A stretch of 36,426 nucleotides of DNA from Lama guanicoe (GCA_013239625.1 MU054128.1:1-36426); one strand, 5' to 3'; positions 22,961-36,013 are shown, counted from the first letter of the stretch. Notes: generated by a model from the letters alone, not told the origin. Numbers and translations are program-made.

Positions 22961-25900
22961 TACAAGCATAATTTCAATTGGTGCTTTGAGTAAACTTATT
23001 GGTAGCTAGAAAGAAACAAGTTTAAAGGTAGAGAAAGAATGGGATACTCTTGAAAAAAGGCATAGATTGGAAAAAAATTGGGAGAATGAGAGAAAGGTAA
23101 ATTTTTGGGCTGAGTGAGTCCTTCAAAAAAATATATGAGAATGAGACTGAGTACAGAAAAGAAGAATTTTGGCACCAAAGAAGAGGAGGGATGTTTTATC
23201 CTCTGAAACTGAAAAAAAGCAGATAAGAATTACTACTGAGCTATATTCACCATGTGGAAGCAGGAAGCTGATGGATTTTATCAATAACTCCCTGGATTTT
23301 CTTTTTAAAGTGTAAAGTTTTTTGATGACAGGGATTGAAGTAATATCTGGTAGTTTGTGTACTTGTGAAGCTGGTGAGTTTTCAGGAAAATTGCAGAGAG
23401 GAATGAGAGAAGCTGATCAAAGGGATTAGTAGAGTAGAACTGAAATTCCAGTTAGAGAATGTGGTTGGTTGGTAACTCTAAACACCACAGTGTTGGGATT
23501 TCTCAGAGACCATTCAGTGGTTTGAGCAGAGGGGCTGAGGAGGTAGACTCTGATTGGTTTATTTTGGAAGATTTCCTGGGAAGAGCTGCTGAAAATTTGT
23601 GAGGAGACAAGCTGGCTTAAGTCCTAGTGTCTTTTTATCCTAAAGGAAAAATAGGTTTGCCCAACAAGGCTTCATACTCCAGTTTATTTAATTCTGACAA
23701 GTCTTGAACTAAAGATTGATAAGCCTGGAAGAGGTCTTTAGAAGTCACCAGGTTTATTCTATGTCTGTAAAAACTCTACCATGTATAATTCTTTGCACTC
23801 TTTTCTCTAAATGAAAACTTTCATATTGAGAAGAGAAGAGCCTTTTTAAGGAAGGAAAATATCAAAACAGAATTCTCATCCAAAACCAACAAAAGTAAGG
23901 TTACTTTGAATAAAGAAGAAGGTAGGGGTCATGATGGCCCATCATCCCAATTAGCACTGACATTTCTATTCTTTATCTCTATGTTGGCCCCAACCACCTC
24001 CTTTGAACACTAATGTGCCAACAAACACAGCTTCAACTGAAACCAAAGAGTAAACTTAAATTAATTTGCTTGGTCAGGCTAGCAACATAATTTAAGATCA
24101 TTTGTAGCAAGATCAGTCCTATAAATAGAATGGATGACTGCTTATCTGCTATAAATCAGGAATGGCTACCATCCACTCTGTGTGCTACTCCAGTGTTTAA
24201 CATCATATCTAACCTTGTAACGGCAGATCCCATGGGTAGCTACTACTCACCAGCTATGCTGACCTTGGACTATGACTTCTCATTTTTCTTCATTCCTTAA
24301 AGGAAAAAAATCTTTTTTAAAAAACTAGTAAAAAATGGGTATTTTATTGAATATTTCAAATAAAAATATGAAGGAATTTAGTCTGCCCGTAACATAAAAC
24401 TTTCAGGAATGGAGAACTTTTCTGTTCAGAGTAATTTGTATTTTGTCAAAACTGATTTTCAGGAGTTTAATGTTTAACAAAATCCTGAGATATCTAATTT
24501 ATTTGCAACAATCAGTTTTGCTGTGAGCTAAGAACAAGATATCCAGAAGTGTAGAGTCCATGTAGGTGTATCCTGGTTTAAATATTCTGATTGTCAGTAT
24601 GATACCATAGGGTTAAATTTAGGGTCTAAAAAATATAGTCACAAAAATAATATTATAGATCCAAAGATCTAGAGGAGAGACCACGATGGAAAATGTGGGA
24701 ATTTAACTTCCATAGAAATAGAAAAATAAAATTTCCTACCTCCTAATTTTTCTCAGGGTCCCCTTTACAAACTACTTACATAAACATCTACCTATACATT
24801 TTAATAACTCAAAGCCATATACTTCGGTCACATCTCCATATGTATTTTTTTCCATTTTCTGTGTCTACATTAACTACAGTTTTTCTGTATTTCCTTTTCA
24901 TTTCTCTCTCTTTTACCAAAACCCTTTTTAAAGGTTCTAGGACCAGGCAATGGCAGAACCATTGTTAAATATAGCCAAATATATTCACAACAAAGCTTTT
25001 TAACAACTTCTGTTAGTGCTACATATTCTTTGGAGAGAGAGCACTCACTTCCAATGGGAGGCACGCCATTTTCTGGAGGTTCCAGTGTTACCAGGTAATA
25101 TAGTGTCATACAACTGGGGTTCAACAATTACTTCCCACTATTACTGGAACCTCTAGCAACGGACCCAAGCTGTGTTTCAATGTCAAGTCTCAACATTTCA
25201 ACCAACCAACCAACATCATCTGAGCTTCACCTGTTTTCAGTCCTCTCAGGAATTTGAACTGGCCTCCATGGAAATTTTTCACATCTCTGTGTCCCTGGAA
25301 TATTGTCCTAACGGGGAATATTCCACATTAGAAAATAAAAATCCCAATGGCCCCTTCTCTGATCCACTCTTCAGAGAAAGAATGAAACAAACTCCTGAAA
25401 TGTTCTAAAGAAGGAGAAAAGGGGGTCCTGTCCAATACTCTGTAAACAGAGCAAATATCACAGAAAGTCATTCTTTCCCTGAGGACAAAACAAAAGGGAA
25501 TCTCTTGCAGATTTTGCCAATCAACTTTTGATAAGAGGAGTAGTGATGGCATGCCATTCAGGATAGGCAGTTGACAGCGTCACACCTTCCTCCGTCAGTT
25601 GCAGAGACTTTGGTGGCAGGGACTTAAATGTCACCAGTGTCAGAGAAAGCAGCATCCAGAAAACGGCAGGAGATGCAGATCGTGATAATGAGGCTGAACT
25701 GAACAATAGCTTATCTAATCAGTGAAATTGATAGAGATTCCAAGATGGAAGGAATTTTGAGTGTGGCCGCCATTGTGGTTCTGGCAGGACATCAAAGTTG
25801 CCTTTCTCTGGTGGTAATTTGGAGGAAATATCTGTCAAATGGTTTTCCCATGTGTCCTGAAATTCCATAAAAGTGTATCAGAATCATCCATGTAATTGTT

Positions 25901-26737
25901 CCCGGCTCTCAGTTCTACAGTTCCACATTGGGGTCAAGGCCCCACTTCTGTTTGCCCTCAGACTCTGGATTTCATTCAGTGTTTAGACAGAGGGACTTAA
26001 CATCAGTAGGTAATGAGCTCAGCAGCTCACAACCAAGTACCCCTGACTCATGACCCTTCCTACCCATATGAACTGAATTCCTGCAGTGTATTTATAACTA
26101 AATCCTTACATTATACCTTAGTTCCACTAGCACAGTCTGGTGCTTACTTCTTTAGCAAACCATCCTGGTTGTGAACCTCAGTCTTCCTAATGAAGGCAGG
26201 TTATTTGGGAATTTTGTATTCCTATTTGTAAATGCTGCTCTGCTTAGACTGCCTATCCATAGAGTCTACTCATTCATTTATTCACTCAAAAATATCCCTT
26301 GAGCTTCTGCTTTTTGCCAGACACAGTTGTGGCAGAGGAGAAGATAAGAACAAAACAGAAATGGGCCAGATCTCACAGGGCCTCCAGCTTCTCCGCTGAC
26401 CTTCCTTTGACCTCTAACCCTGAGACCGTCTTTGGCAGCTAAGCGGGTTGCCTCTGCTAATGTTCTTCCCGGAAGTCTCCAACCCAGCTTCCCGCAACCT
26501 AAAGCATCATGAGATGAACTTAGCCCAGCTTGTTGCATCCTCACTGATTTGGCCAGCGTGTAGAATCATTTCCTCCACTGCCCATACACAATTGTTTTGT
26601 TTTGCTTTCCAAGCTAACAAACCCACGGTCAAACCTCTGCCTTATTCAAAACAAGCCACTGGTGAGGAAACTGATGCTAAAGCACTTCCCATCGTTTTCC
26701 TTATAGATGTTGGCATTTAACCGAGAGGGCAAATTAA

Positions 26738-26767
26738 AAACAAACAAACAAACAAACAAACAAAAAA
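26738..26767. repeat. (AAAC)n microsatellite
   Basis: aaacaaacaaacaaacaaacaaacaaaaaa. Confidence 0.9.
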
Positions 26768-27344
26768 CCCCAAAACTTTGTTACTAGGCAGGAAAACTCT
26801 TCACAACTGAATATTCACATTGTTCATGGATCAGCAAACACACCAGTTTGTCTGTAATTGAAAAAAAAAGGGCACATTTCTATTAAAAAGAAAACAACAA
26901 AAAACCCTTCCCCTTCATGAATGTTTAAACAAATTAACTTGAACAAGAGGCAGTGATATGCATATCAAAGACAATTCTTAAATCTGAAGTTAACTAAAAC
27001 ATGGGGAAAACAGGTATGTATTCCTTCTGAATTTCACACTAACCATCTCCTTAGTTCCCCTTTGCCCCTTTCATGTAAGCACTTTGGCTTTTATCTTGGA
27101 TGCTCTTAGATGCTCTGGTCATGGCTAAAGCTTTGTTAGTTTCCTAAAAAACAAGACTGATTTTGCATGACCATCGTCAGATAAAGCTGGGACATTCTGT
27201 TCCAAAAGTAGCCTAAGGCTCTCTTATTGGTAATTAATGGGGTCCATAGATGTCTATTAGAGGACTCATCTGGAGTGTGTACCCAATGAGATCAGTTTTA
27301 TTTGCAGTAACTGTAGTGTTCTTCATCCTGGTAAGTGGGGGAAA

Positions 27345-27425
27345 ATGGGTTAGTTCTGCATTCAGCTAAGTCTGTGACTTTGGGCAAGTTGCCTTAGTCT
27401 CCCTATCTGTAAAATGGAGCAAGAT
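27345..27425 (+). mobile_element. MIR SINE core fragment
   Basis: tctgtgactttgggcaagttgccttagtctccctatctgtaaaatggag. Confidence 0.7.
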
Positions 27426-27844
27426 GACAGCTAAATTCAGTTATCCTAAAAAGTAGTAGGGTCTTTTGTTTTTATCCTCACCAAGTAATGTGACTTCTGT
27501 GGACATGGTTTAAAAGACTCAGAGGTCATTCGTGGAAGTAAGGTAGACATGCAAGGTATTGGATTTCCTCACACATTTTACTAATAGAAGAAATCCGTAT
27601 ATTCTCATTTCCAGGGCATGCACATCCTCTGGGATCACAGAGTCTTTCTGATCATATTTTCTTTAAAAACCAAGAAAGATCCTCCCCGCCCCTCCCCTGA
27701 GATTTGAATGCTGGAGACAGCATCTTAGCACATTGCAGACTTGGTCTCATTAGTCTGGAACCTCCACACACAAAGGGATCTTCTTCCCAGAGAATATATG
27801 CTGAGGACACTGCCCTTTGATAAATCTCATCCAATCTAGTTTAG

Positions 27845-27990
27845 ATAAAGAAAAAGAAAGAAAAAAAAGGAGGAAGGAAGAAAGGGGAAGGAAAGAACAG
27901 ACAAGAGAGGGGGGAAAATTAAGTGAGGAAGAATGTTAGAAAGAAAGATGGAAAAAAAGAATGAAAAAAAAAAGAAAGAAAGAAAGAAAA
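27845..27990. repeat. A/G-rich low-complexity / (GAAA)n tract
   Basis: Read directly from the sequence. Confidence 0.85.
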
Positions 27991-29929
27991 TTTACCACTG
28001 AGAGTTTGGGGAGGTGTATGAGTTACCAGTTTCCACAGCCACAACTGCAGCAAAAATTATCCCCATCTTATCAATAGAATAAAACAATTTTTGACACTCT
28101 CTAAATTTTTTCCTCTATTTCTTTCCCTTGCCTTGATTTCTTGTTTGTTATGATTTTGTCTTGTTATTAATTAAAATTATTTCCCCTAATACTACTAAGT
28201 AAGGAAGAGACTTCAGACTCAGCTGGATACAAATTTAAAGCTAGTTGACTATAGAAACTTTCGCATTAATGTAGAGACTTTTGGATGAAGTTGTCTTGTC
28301 TCTAGAAAATTCCATCCCCGCCTTGACATCCCCTCTGCCTCCCCCCACCTCTTTCTCTCCTTCTTTCCCCACATTGTACAAAATGCACAGTTTCAGACAA
28401 AAGTATCACCCTGGCCACTTTGATTTCATTAAAATCATGGCAACGAAGGGCAAATTCTTGTGCCACTAACTTTAAAAAGTTACAAAAATTGATTGCTTGT
28501 TTTACTCTTCATTTCTGTTTCATTACCCCCCTCTCTCCCAGAGATAAGGATTATAAATAAATACAGATTTAATCTCTGGAATCCACCACCAAGGGGAAAT
28601 GTGTAGTTTGTGTGAATGGAAGAAAAGATAGACATAAAAAATAAAAAGACCTCTCTGACGATCAAACTTTTCATTTCCAAGCAGAAATAATTACAGAGAT
28701 GGTCAGCGGGGAGATCTGAGCAATTTACAGAGGTATAACAGTGGTTCCTATCAACACAGTTTTATATTCAGGTCAAGGCAGGGAACTCTAGGTCCTGAAG
28801 CACTGCCTATAATCTTTACTTCATTTTTAGATGTTATGCTGTAATAAAATGTAAAAGGGGAATACATAAAAAGTTATAGAGGTGGGAAAAAACATGGTTT
28901 GAAGTTGTATGGCATTTCTTGACAGGGCATGCTCCTAAGGATATGCACAGAACAACAAATGCCATTTGAAATAAGTACACTAGAGATCTGAAACTCGATT
29001 GAAAACCCAAGTCAATTTTCCTGAGGGTCACTTGATTAGCTTTCTTCTACAGAATGGAGGTTTAAACAATGCTGGGGTTCCGGGTGCTGGGGTGCTTGGG
29101 AAAACAGTGAGGAATGGGTTCCTTCCACCAATATCACTCTGATGGCTTTACAACATTATCTTTTCACATTCAGCCTGTGTTTCTGCAATAATCCATAAAT
29201 GAAGCCATGCCAGAGAAAACGTGATTGATGGTGCTGAACCGTACATGCACCTTCACGTGCAGTAAGTTATGTTTCTATTCCCTTTCCAATTTGTCCCGGT
29301 CTTGCTCCAGGCAAGTACCTGTAGCCCGAGTGCAGGTTTTTGGTGGGAAGATGGAAACAAAGTTCTCAGGCTTGAGGGGGAATCTTGGCAGGGGTAACAA
29401 ACAACTCAGTTGTGCCTTGTGGCTGTTTCCATGTTGAGGGGATTTGCTCTTATTTTTGCCAAGACGTTTATTCTGGTTTCTTGAGACAGTTTAGAAAGGA
29501 GGTGTAGATAGTGTGTAATAATTGTTTGGGATCTATTTCTTGCATAATTCTCCAATCCTTTCAGTTCACTTTGTTTTGCCTGCATTGAACAGAACAGAGA
29601 ATTTGTACATTATCATGACCCTACTGGCCTCTAACCCAAGGTGTAAACTGTTGATTTCGTCATTAATTTTATCATGAATAGATAGATTCTACCTTCTATC
29701 ATATTTGCATAGTAGGAAAGTATTACGCTCATTATTTTGGTTTCCTCTCCAAGAGGAAACCTCTACTTGCATGAGCTCTTTTGCCCCCTAAAGTTATTTG
29801 TGTATCCTTGCCTTGTAGTAATTACATTCCACTCCTGCCTTCAGAAACTCTTGCACCTTTCTGTAAATTTCGTCAGCATTTGATTAATTTGTTCCTGTCC
29901 CTAGGAATCCGGTTCTGAAGGGACTGCCC

Positions 29930-30064
29930 TTGGGCTCCCAATCTTGCAGGATGCACGAGCTGACAGTGTATGTCCAAATAACCGGTTCCCAATCTTGGGC
30001 TCCCAATCCCAAGATTGGGCTCCCAATCTTGCAGGATGCACGAGCTGACAGTGTATGTCCAAAT
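29930..30064. repeat. Perfect 50-bp direct duplication with a 35-bp templated spacer
   Basis: ttgggctcccaatcttgcaggatgcacgagctgacagtgtatgtccaaat occurs at 29930-29979 and 30015-30064. Confidence 0.95.
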
Positions 30065-33000
30065 CTCAGTACTTGAGTTCTGACAATCCAGGGGGTATAA
30101 ATTGTAGGCTCAATTTCACTGTTTAATAACCAAGAGTCTATCTACTACCTCCATCTTTTAGAAGGCATTTCAAATGCCTGCAGTTCTGGGCAGAAGATCT
30201 TTAGTGAGACAGGATACTTTCTGAAGCACCTGGTTTTAGTCCAGTGAATGGCTGGCTTTGTTTTGCAGGCTATGGGACTCTGATCTTTTTTTCTGATGCC
30301 ATTGCCCCTTAAGAAGCGTCTAATAAAGCCTGAGGATGTCATGCATGTGTTTAGAAGACCCAAGTTCTTCTTGGACTGCGTCATATCTTAGGCATTCCCT
30401 TGCCCTATCTTCCCCTCTTTTGCATTGACTATGCTCTCGAACTCTGACTAGTAATAATTCTCTTAATGCTCTTGACTAGAATGTTATCACCTCAGTAACA
30501 CGGAATGAGCACTTCCAAAGGATGTGGGATGACAGCCCAACGTACGGAGGGGAAACCCATGGTATAATAGTTACACAGATAAGTCAATTTGAAAACGTCT
30601 GAGCTATGATCTCAAACATCTTCATGGGGAAGGGTGGATTTCTGAGTCTAAAGTGGTAAATTGAAGTAAGTGAATAACAGAGTGTCTGGATTTTCCTGGA
30701 GAAACCGCTCATAGTAAAAGAATTTATTTGATGAGTTTGGCTACTTCTCCTGAATTGGTTCCAAAATAATCTTTCAATTTTCCATTTTATTTTGCTTATG
30801 TACAAGACCAAAATGTAATGAGAGGGCATTTATCCAGCTATCCAATAAAGTCGCCATGAATATTCTTCATAATTAGCCCAGCCTGCTTTATATATATGTG
30901 AACCATGCCACGATTCCCAGTCACACTCTGAAGGTACCAAAATCAAGTGTCCATACTGCTTGCCTCGGGATGCTGAAGTCTCTTGACATTTCTTTTAAAT
31001 ACATGTCTCCATCTTTTTGTTTTCTTTCTTGCAATACCTGAATTTCATTTCACTGCTGCAATTCCTAGATTAATCTTTCCATCACCATCATCAGATGAGA
31101 CTTTATGATTCCCAAGGGATAAATAAACACACGCATGAACACATACACACAATGCTCCAACACCCGCTGTTACCATTTCAGACACGGATAACTTTATTGG
31201 AAACCAGTCTCAGGCTGACCTCTCTAAGCTACGCTTCATCCAACACCTCTCAGTCTATTGTCCAATGTAGATTGTAAGGCCCTGGGGAAGTGAATGTTGC
31301 TGAGTTCTGGAGTTTAGTTAAGCTAAATATAAACTCCACATAGATTAGCTCTAACCCACAGCCAATCTCTTTTGCTGTCCTGTTTATAACAAAATGACCC
31401 CACCTCCTTCACCTTCACCCTTGCAAGCAAGAAGGACAAGAATTGTGAAGGATTTCTTCACTAGCCTTTCTGTCTTTTGACAACAATTCTGAACTATTCT
31501 TCTGGAGGGCAGAGCCACTGGGCTGGCCCCTGACCTACTGCCCGAGAGGAGGAAATGAAACCAGAATCGGGGATGGTGTTACATGGCAGCTTAGAAGGGG
31601 AAATGACACATCTAATAACCAACAGAAATGGCAAGTAATTAGCCAGAATGACGATAATTAACAGAAATGACAAGTCTAATAAAATTTCACTTGCGTGTTG
31701 TCGTAGAGCACTTTGGATTCTTAGCTTTCCATTTTAAATATTAATCTCAATGGAGTTTACTTTGGATGAAAAGTCATATCAAATATGGAGATGGAAGTAA
31801 TTCCATACACACGTTCCATCAAATTCTTTGTTATCAATGTCACTTATGCTACAATCGGCAGAGAGTGGATTAAGACCTCATACTGTTCCCCTAAAAATAC
31901 ATTATTTTTGTGTAGACCTCATTTATGCAGCTCAAAAAACATTCAGCCACAGGGATCAGGGAAAGCGGCTGTTTTTAATTTTCTTTGCTATTTTCAAAGA
32001 TGGGAAGGTCTCACCCCTCCCCTCTTTCCTCCTCTTCAGTAACAGACAAAGAAGGTTAAATCTTATTAGCATGTCTTATATAGCTGGCTGTAACCTAAGT
32101 GACCTGTCATGGCACTAAATGCCTACTAGAACTTCCCCTGTACTTGCAAGATGGAAATTTTATGCATCAGTGCTTTTATGCATGCATCTGATTTGGGAAG
32201 TTCACTGCTTTATGGATATGAACATTGTGATCATGTAAATTGATCTACATAATGGGATTTTGTGTGTGTGCGTGCATATATCTATGTGGATATGGATGTA
32301 TGCAAGTGTATTCTAAAAGGAAATGTAATACATGAAATGTTAACTTTAATGATATGAAATGCATTAAATTCAAACTATCTTGCATGTGTATGCAGATGCG
32401 TTATGTCTCTATCATTGGGCTCTGCAGGAATTTAAGGTGGCAAAAAAAAATTCATCATATACTCTGATGTGCCGTGCTAAATGAGAACGCAACATGGCGC
32501 TATTGTAGGCAATAAATGAGAGCCAAGGAAACCAAGACTTAAGAAGCTTTTAAGGAGAGCCCTTAGCAAAAGTGCAATAAAAAAATTGCATTTGATTCAG
32601 GGGTACAGAGCTCTTCTTTTCAGGTACACTGGCTAAGCTCCTTTTGTCTCTAAACTATCATCTGCTAGAAACCAAGAGTTCTACATTTCAGAGTTCCGAT
32701 AACCAAAAGGCACAGTAAGTTCTCAGCTTTCTTCTCACCAAAATTCACCACTGGGTCCCATTATCTCAAGGTCTAATGGATTTAGTCAGATAAACCGAAT
32801 GAGCTAAAGGATTAATTCCTTAAAGATTTACCTTTCTCAGACAATATAGTACCTTAACCCAGGTCACAATTCAAATTATCCTTCAGGAAGTTTGTTTTGA
32901 TAACCCTCATCCTTGAAATTAATTTCCAGCCTATCACACTCTTGAGTTGTACGTTTCACCTTTGCAACGCAAAGTGTTTCTAAATGGCCCAAAGCAAACT

Positions 33001-33597
33001 GATCGTTCATTTTTCAAAACTGATCTCAAATCCCCTACCTTCCTTTTTTGCCATAATCAATACTGAGTAAATACTCAACTCATATTTAATAATGATGCTG
33101 GTGTAGTAGATATTGATAATCTCCAGATAGTTGTTCTGTAGATTCATATGAGCTCCATGCCTACCTACCATACGAAGAAAAACTAATACAACATCAAGAT
33201 AAAATTTAACAAAATAATAATAAAGCAGAAATCAGCAGGCTCGGGTTTCTGTTCCAGATCTGCTAATTATTCAGATAGCAGCAGAATTTTAAAACCAGCA
33301 GTTCTGAGGATTCACATTTAGAAACCTAGTTATCACTTGATCAAGAATAAATAAATGTATCTAATCAGATTGTTCCTCCGGCAAGTATTTGTTTCATATA
33401 TCCTGACATATGAAGAAGCCAAGGATGACTATGAGTTGCTCTTTGTCCTCAGTTTTCACTTGTAAGCTACACACAGCATCACCAATATAAAAGAATAACA
33501 GTAAGACCCAATGGCATAGCTGTCTTTTGTTTGCTACATTGGCCCAATAATTCTAAAGATAATATTTGAAACTGGAAACTATTTAGGGCAGTGTTGA

Positions 33598-33965
33598 TGT
33601 ATAGAGTTTGATGGTGTCAGCCCCACCCCCAAAATTCATGTCCACTTAGAATCTCAGAATGCAGTAGCCCTAAATCCAATGACAGGCATCCTTATGAAAA
33701 GGCCATGTAAAGGCACACAGAAAAGAAAGCCATGTGAAAATGCAGACAGAGATTGGAGTGGTGTAGCTACAAGCCAAAGAACGCAAAGGATGGTCAGGAG
33801 ACAATGTGAGAAAGAAATCTTCCCTAGAGTCGTCAGAGGACCATGGTCCTGTTCCCACTTTAATTTTGGACTTCTAGCCCTCAGACCTCTGAGGGAAGAA
33901 AGTTCTGCTGTTTCAAGCCACTCAGTGTTGGTAATTAGCTATGGCAGCCTTAAGAAATTAATACA
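33598..33965 (+). mobile_element. MaLR solo LTR (MLT1B/C-like) with internal deletion
   Basis: TG...CA ends, perfect 5-bp TSD gttga (33593-33597 / 33966-33970), and diagnostic motifs ccccaaaattcatgtccac, ccctaaatccaatgac, agagattggagt...caagccaaag, ttttggacttctag. Confidence 0.92.
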
Positions 33966-34186
33966 GTTGATAGGTGTGATTGCTTTTGATAAAGTAGACT
34001 CCATCTTCTTGCCCACCAAATATCTGGCTTAGGGATAGAGATGGGTAAGGTTTTAGTTTCAAGCTAATTTGTGATCAACTTAGAAAACACATTCATTAAG
34101 AAACTTATATGGGTATGTATAGAGACTAGATTTATTTTAAATATAATTGATTTTTTCCAGTTTAGAGGTGTTTAGATGTTGATTGT

Positions 34187-34515
34187 GTCTATTAGCCAGC
34201 AGAGAGTAAATTATGCTGCAATAACAAAAATCTCAGTGTCTTGAAACACTGATGGTTAATTCTTGCTTATGAGACATATCCTTTCTATGAGAACAGGATA
34301 CTCTTCTCTGCTTTATCCTCACTCTGGAACTCTGTCTAAAAGGGAAAGAAGTCTGGGAGGGTCTAGAATGTTTTAGTTACACTGACAACTTGTTGGAAAG
34401 AGCCGGACATGTTATTTACTCAATTAGGAGGCCAAGAAGAATGATCCACCATGATCCCAAAGGTGGAGAGCTAAAAAAAAAAGAAAACATGGCTAACAGC
34501 ACACATCATGACCAG
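34187..34515 (-). mobile_element. Old MaLR LTR (MLT1I/J-like)
   Basis: attagccagcagagagtaaattatgctgcaataacaaaaatctcagtgtcttgaaacac. Confidence 0.6.
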
Positions 34516-34576
34516 TGTACTCTCAGATTCGCGAGACTATCTCTTTTACTCCAAAACAAATAAATATTAAAAAAGT

Positions 34577-34577
34577 G

Positions 34578-34609
<32 letters not shown>

Positions 34610-34641
34610 CATAATATACATATATATATATGTATGTATAT
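34577..34641. repeat. (TA)n microsatellite
   Basis: Read directly from the sequence. Confidence 0.9.
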
Positions 34642-35995
34642 TAACCTCTCTTACTGCTTCACACTTCTATTCTGCACAGCCGTGTGGTACTCCAGTTTTG
34701 TTGGGCAATGCCCTGATGGGTTGTGATGTCAAGCTAACTAATCAAGAAACATATTTCAAGTCTCTGGATGAGATAGATTTCTACTGTATATTTGGTCTCG
34801 TGATTCTACTTGCCTTAACACTGAATTATATTTGATAATATAGTGCCATTATGAGAAATAGCAACAGGAGTTCAGAATATTATAAAAAAAATGTGATATA
34901 CAATGTAATAAACTTGGTATTTTTTCCCATGCTTTGCATTTATTACTTCACATTTGGAATTTTGCAATTATAGTTCCTTTTTAAAAAAAAAAGATGAGAA
35001 AATCAGATGCATTTTTAAAAACAGAAACACTATTATCATGGAGATACGTGAAAATATTACATAAATTGCGATCTTATAACCAAGAAAATGCAAAGAGGTG
35101 GTTTGATGGTTTCTTTAATTTATGTCTGCCTGTGAGCAGTGTTCTGCAGAAGGTATTGTCTAGTGGGTTTAAGAAAATTCTGCTTTATTTTCCTTTCAAC
35201 TACAACATGGCACGGGGAAATGCCTTTAAATGAATGCTTCCAAATAAATTCATTGATAGCCCTTTAGCACTCAGGTGCAGGTCCCAATAAGAAAGGTGCA
35301 ACACTGTCACAACTGGCGAGCTTTAGACAGGGGACACCTTGGCTGATAGAAATCTCACCACACTTTTGGCAGGAAGTCTACATCTCTCTCCACTTACTGA
35401 CTCGCACATTGGAAACTTCACTTGCTAATGTTCTTCCACTGAGACACAGAATGTTTCTCCCTACCTCCAAGGCCCCTCCCATCGTATGAGCTGATTATGA
35501 GCCGAGTTTAACTGGACAGGCATCTTTCCCCAAATCATGTCAAATCCTGGTTTTCATTTGGCCAATGGATTCCTCATTAAGTTGAGAGCAGTTAAATTAA
35601 AGTAACACTTTTAAGTTTAAAGTAGTATACCTTTCAGGAAAAAAAACAACACATACTGTTACATGGAGGCTTCAAGACTTCAAAGGAATAAAAGTATAAC
35701 ATGAGAACGACAGAATGAAAGGCAGGCAGGTTTATGTGCCTATCCCTCTCACGTCATACCCCATGACGGTCATCGTGGGTGAATCTAGGTAAGATCCAGT
35801 CTTTCCTGCTCCTCATGGAATACGCTTTGAGGGCCTCATAGACCCACCACCTAGGAAGATACAGTTGCAAATGCTTTTATATTAACTTTAACTGTTCGGC
35901 AATGAATGGTCCGAACAGTTGCAAGTTAAAAATGTTTTTGACAACACAAATTGTATGTTAACTCATTATACTGTGGTCCTAACTGAAAAAAAATA

Positions 35996-36013
35996 CTTCC
36001 TTCCTTCTCTTTC

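Noticed and set aside
23000..23600. Purine-skewed region possibly an old L2 body
   Set aside because: Too diverged to assign by eye.
27308..27330. Possible plus-strand microexon (tttgcag| ... ctg|gtaagt)
   Set aside because: 23 nt, not frame-preserving, short pyrimidine tract and no supporting neighbours.
29930..30064. Repeat-spacer-repeat pattern resembling CRISPR
   Set aside because: Only two copies, the spacer is derived from the repeat itself, the context is mammalian, and there are no cas genes.
35752..35779. Small overlapping inverted repeats (cgtcat/atgacg; cccatga/tcgtggg)
   Set aside because: Stems of 6-7 bp are within chance expectation.
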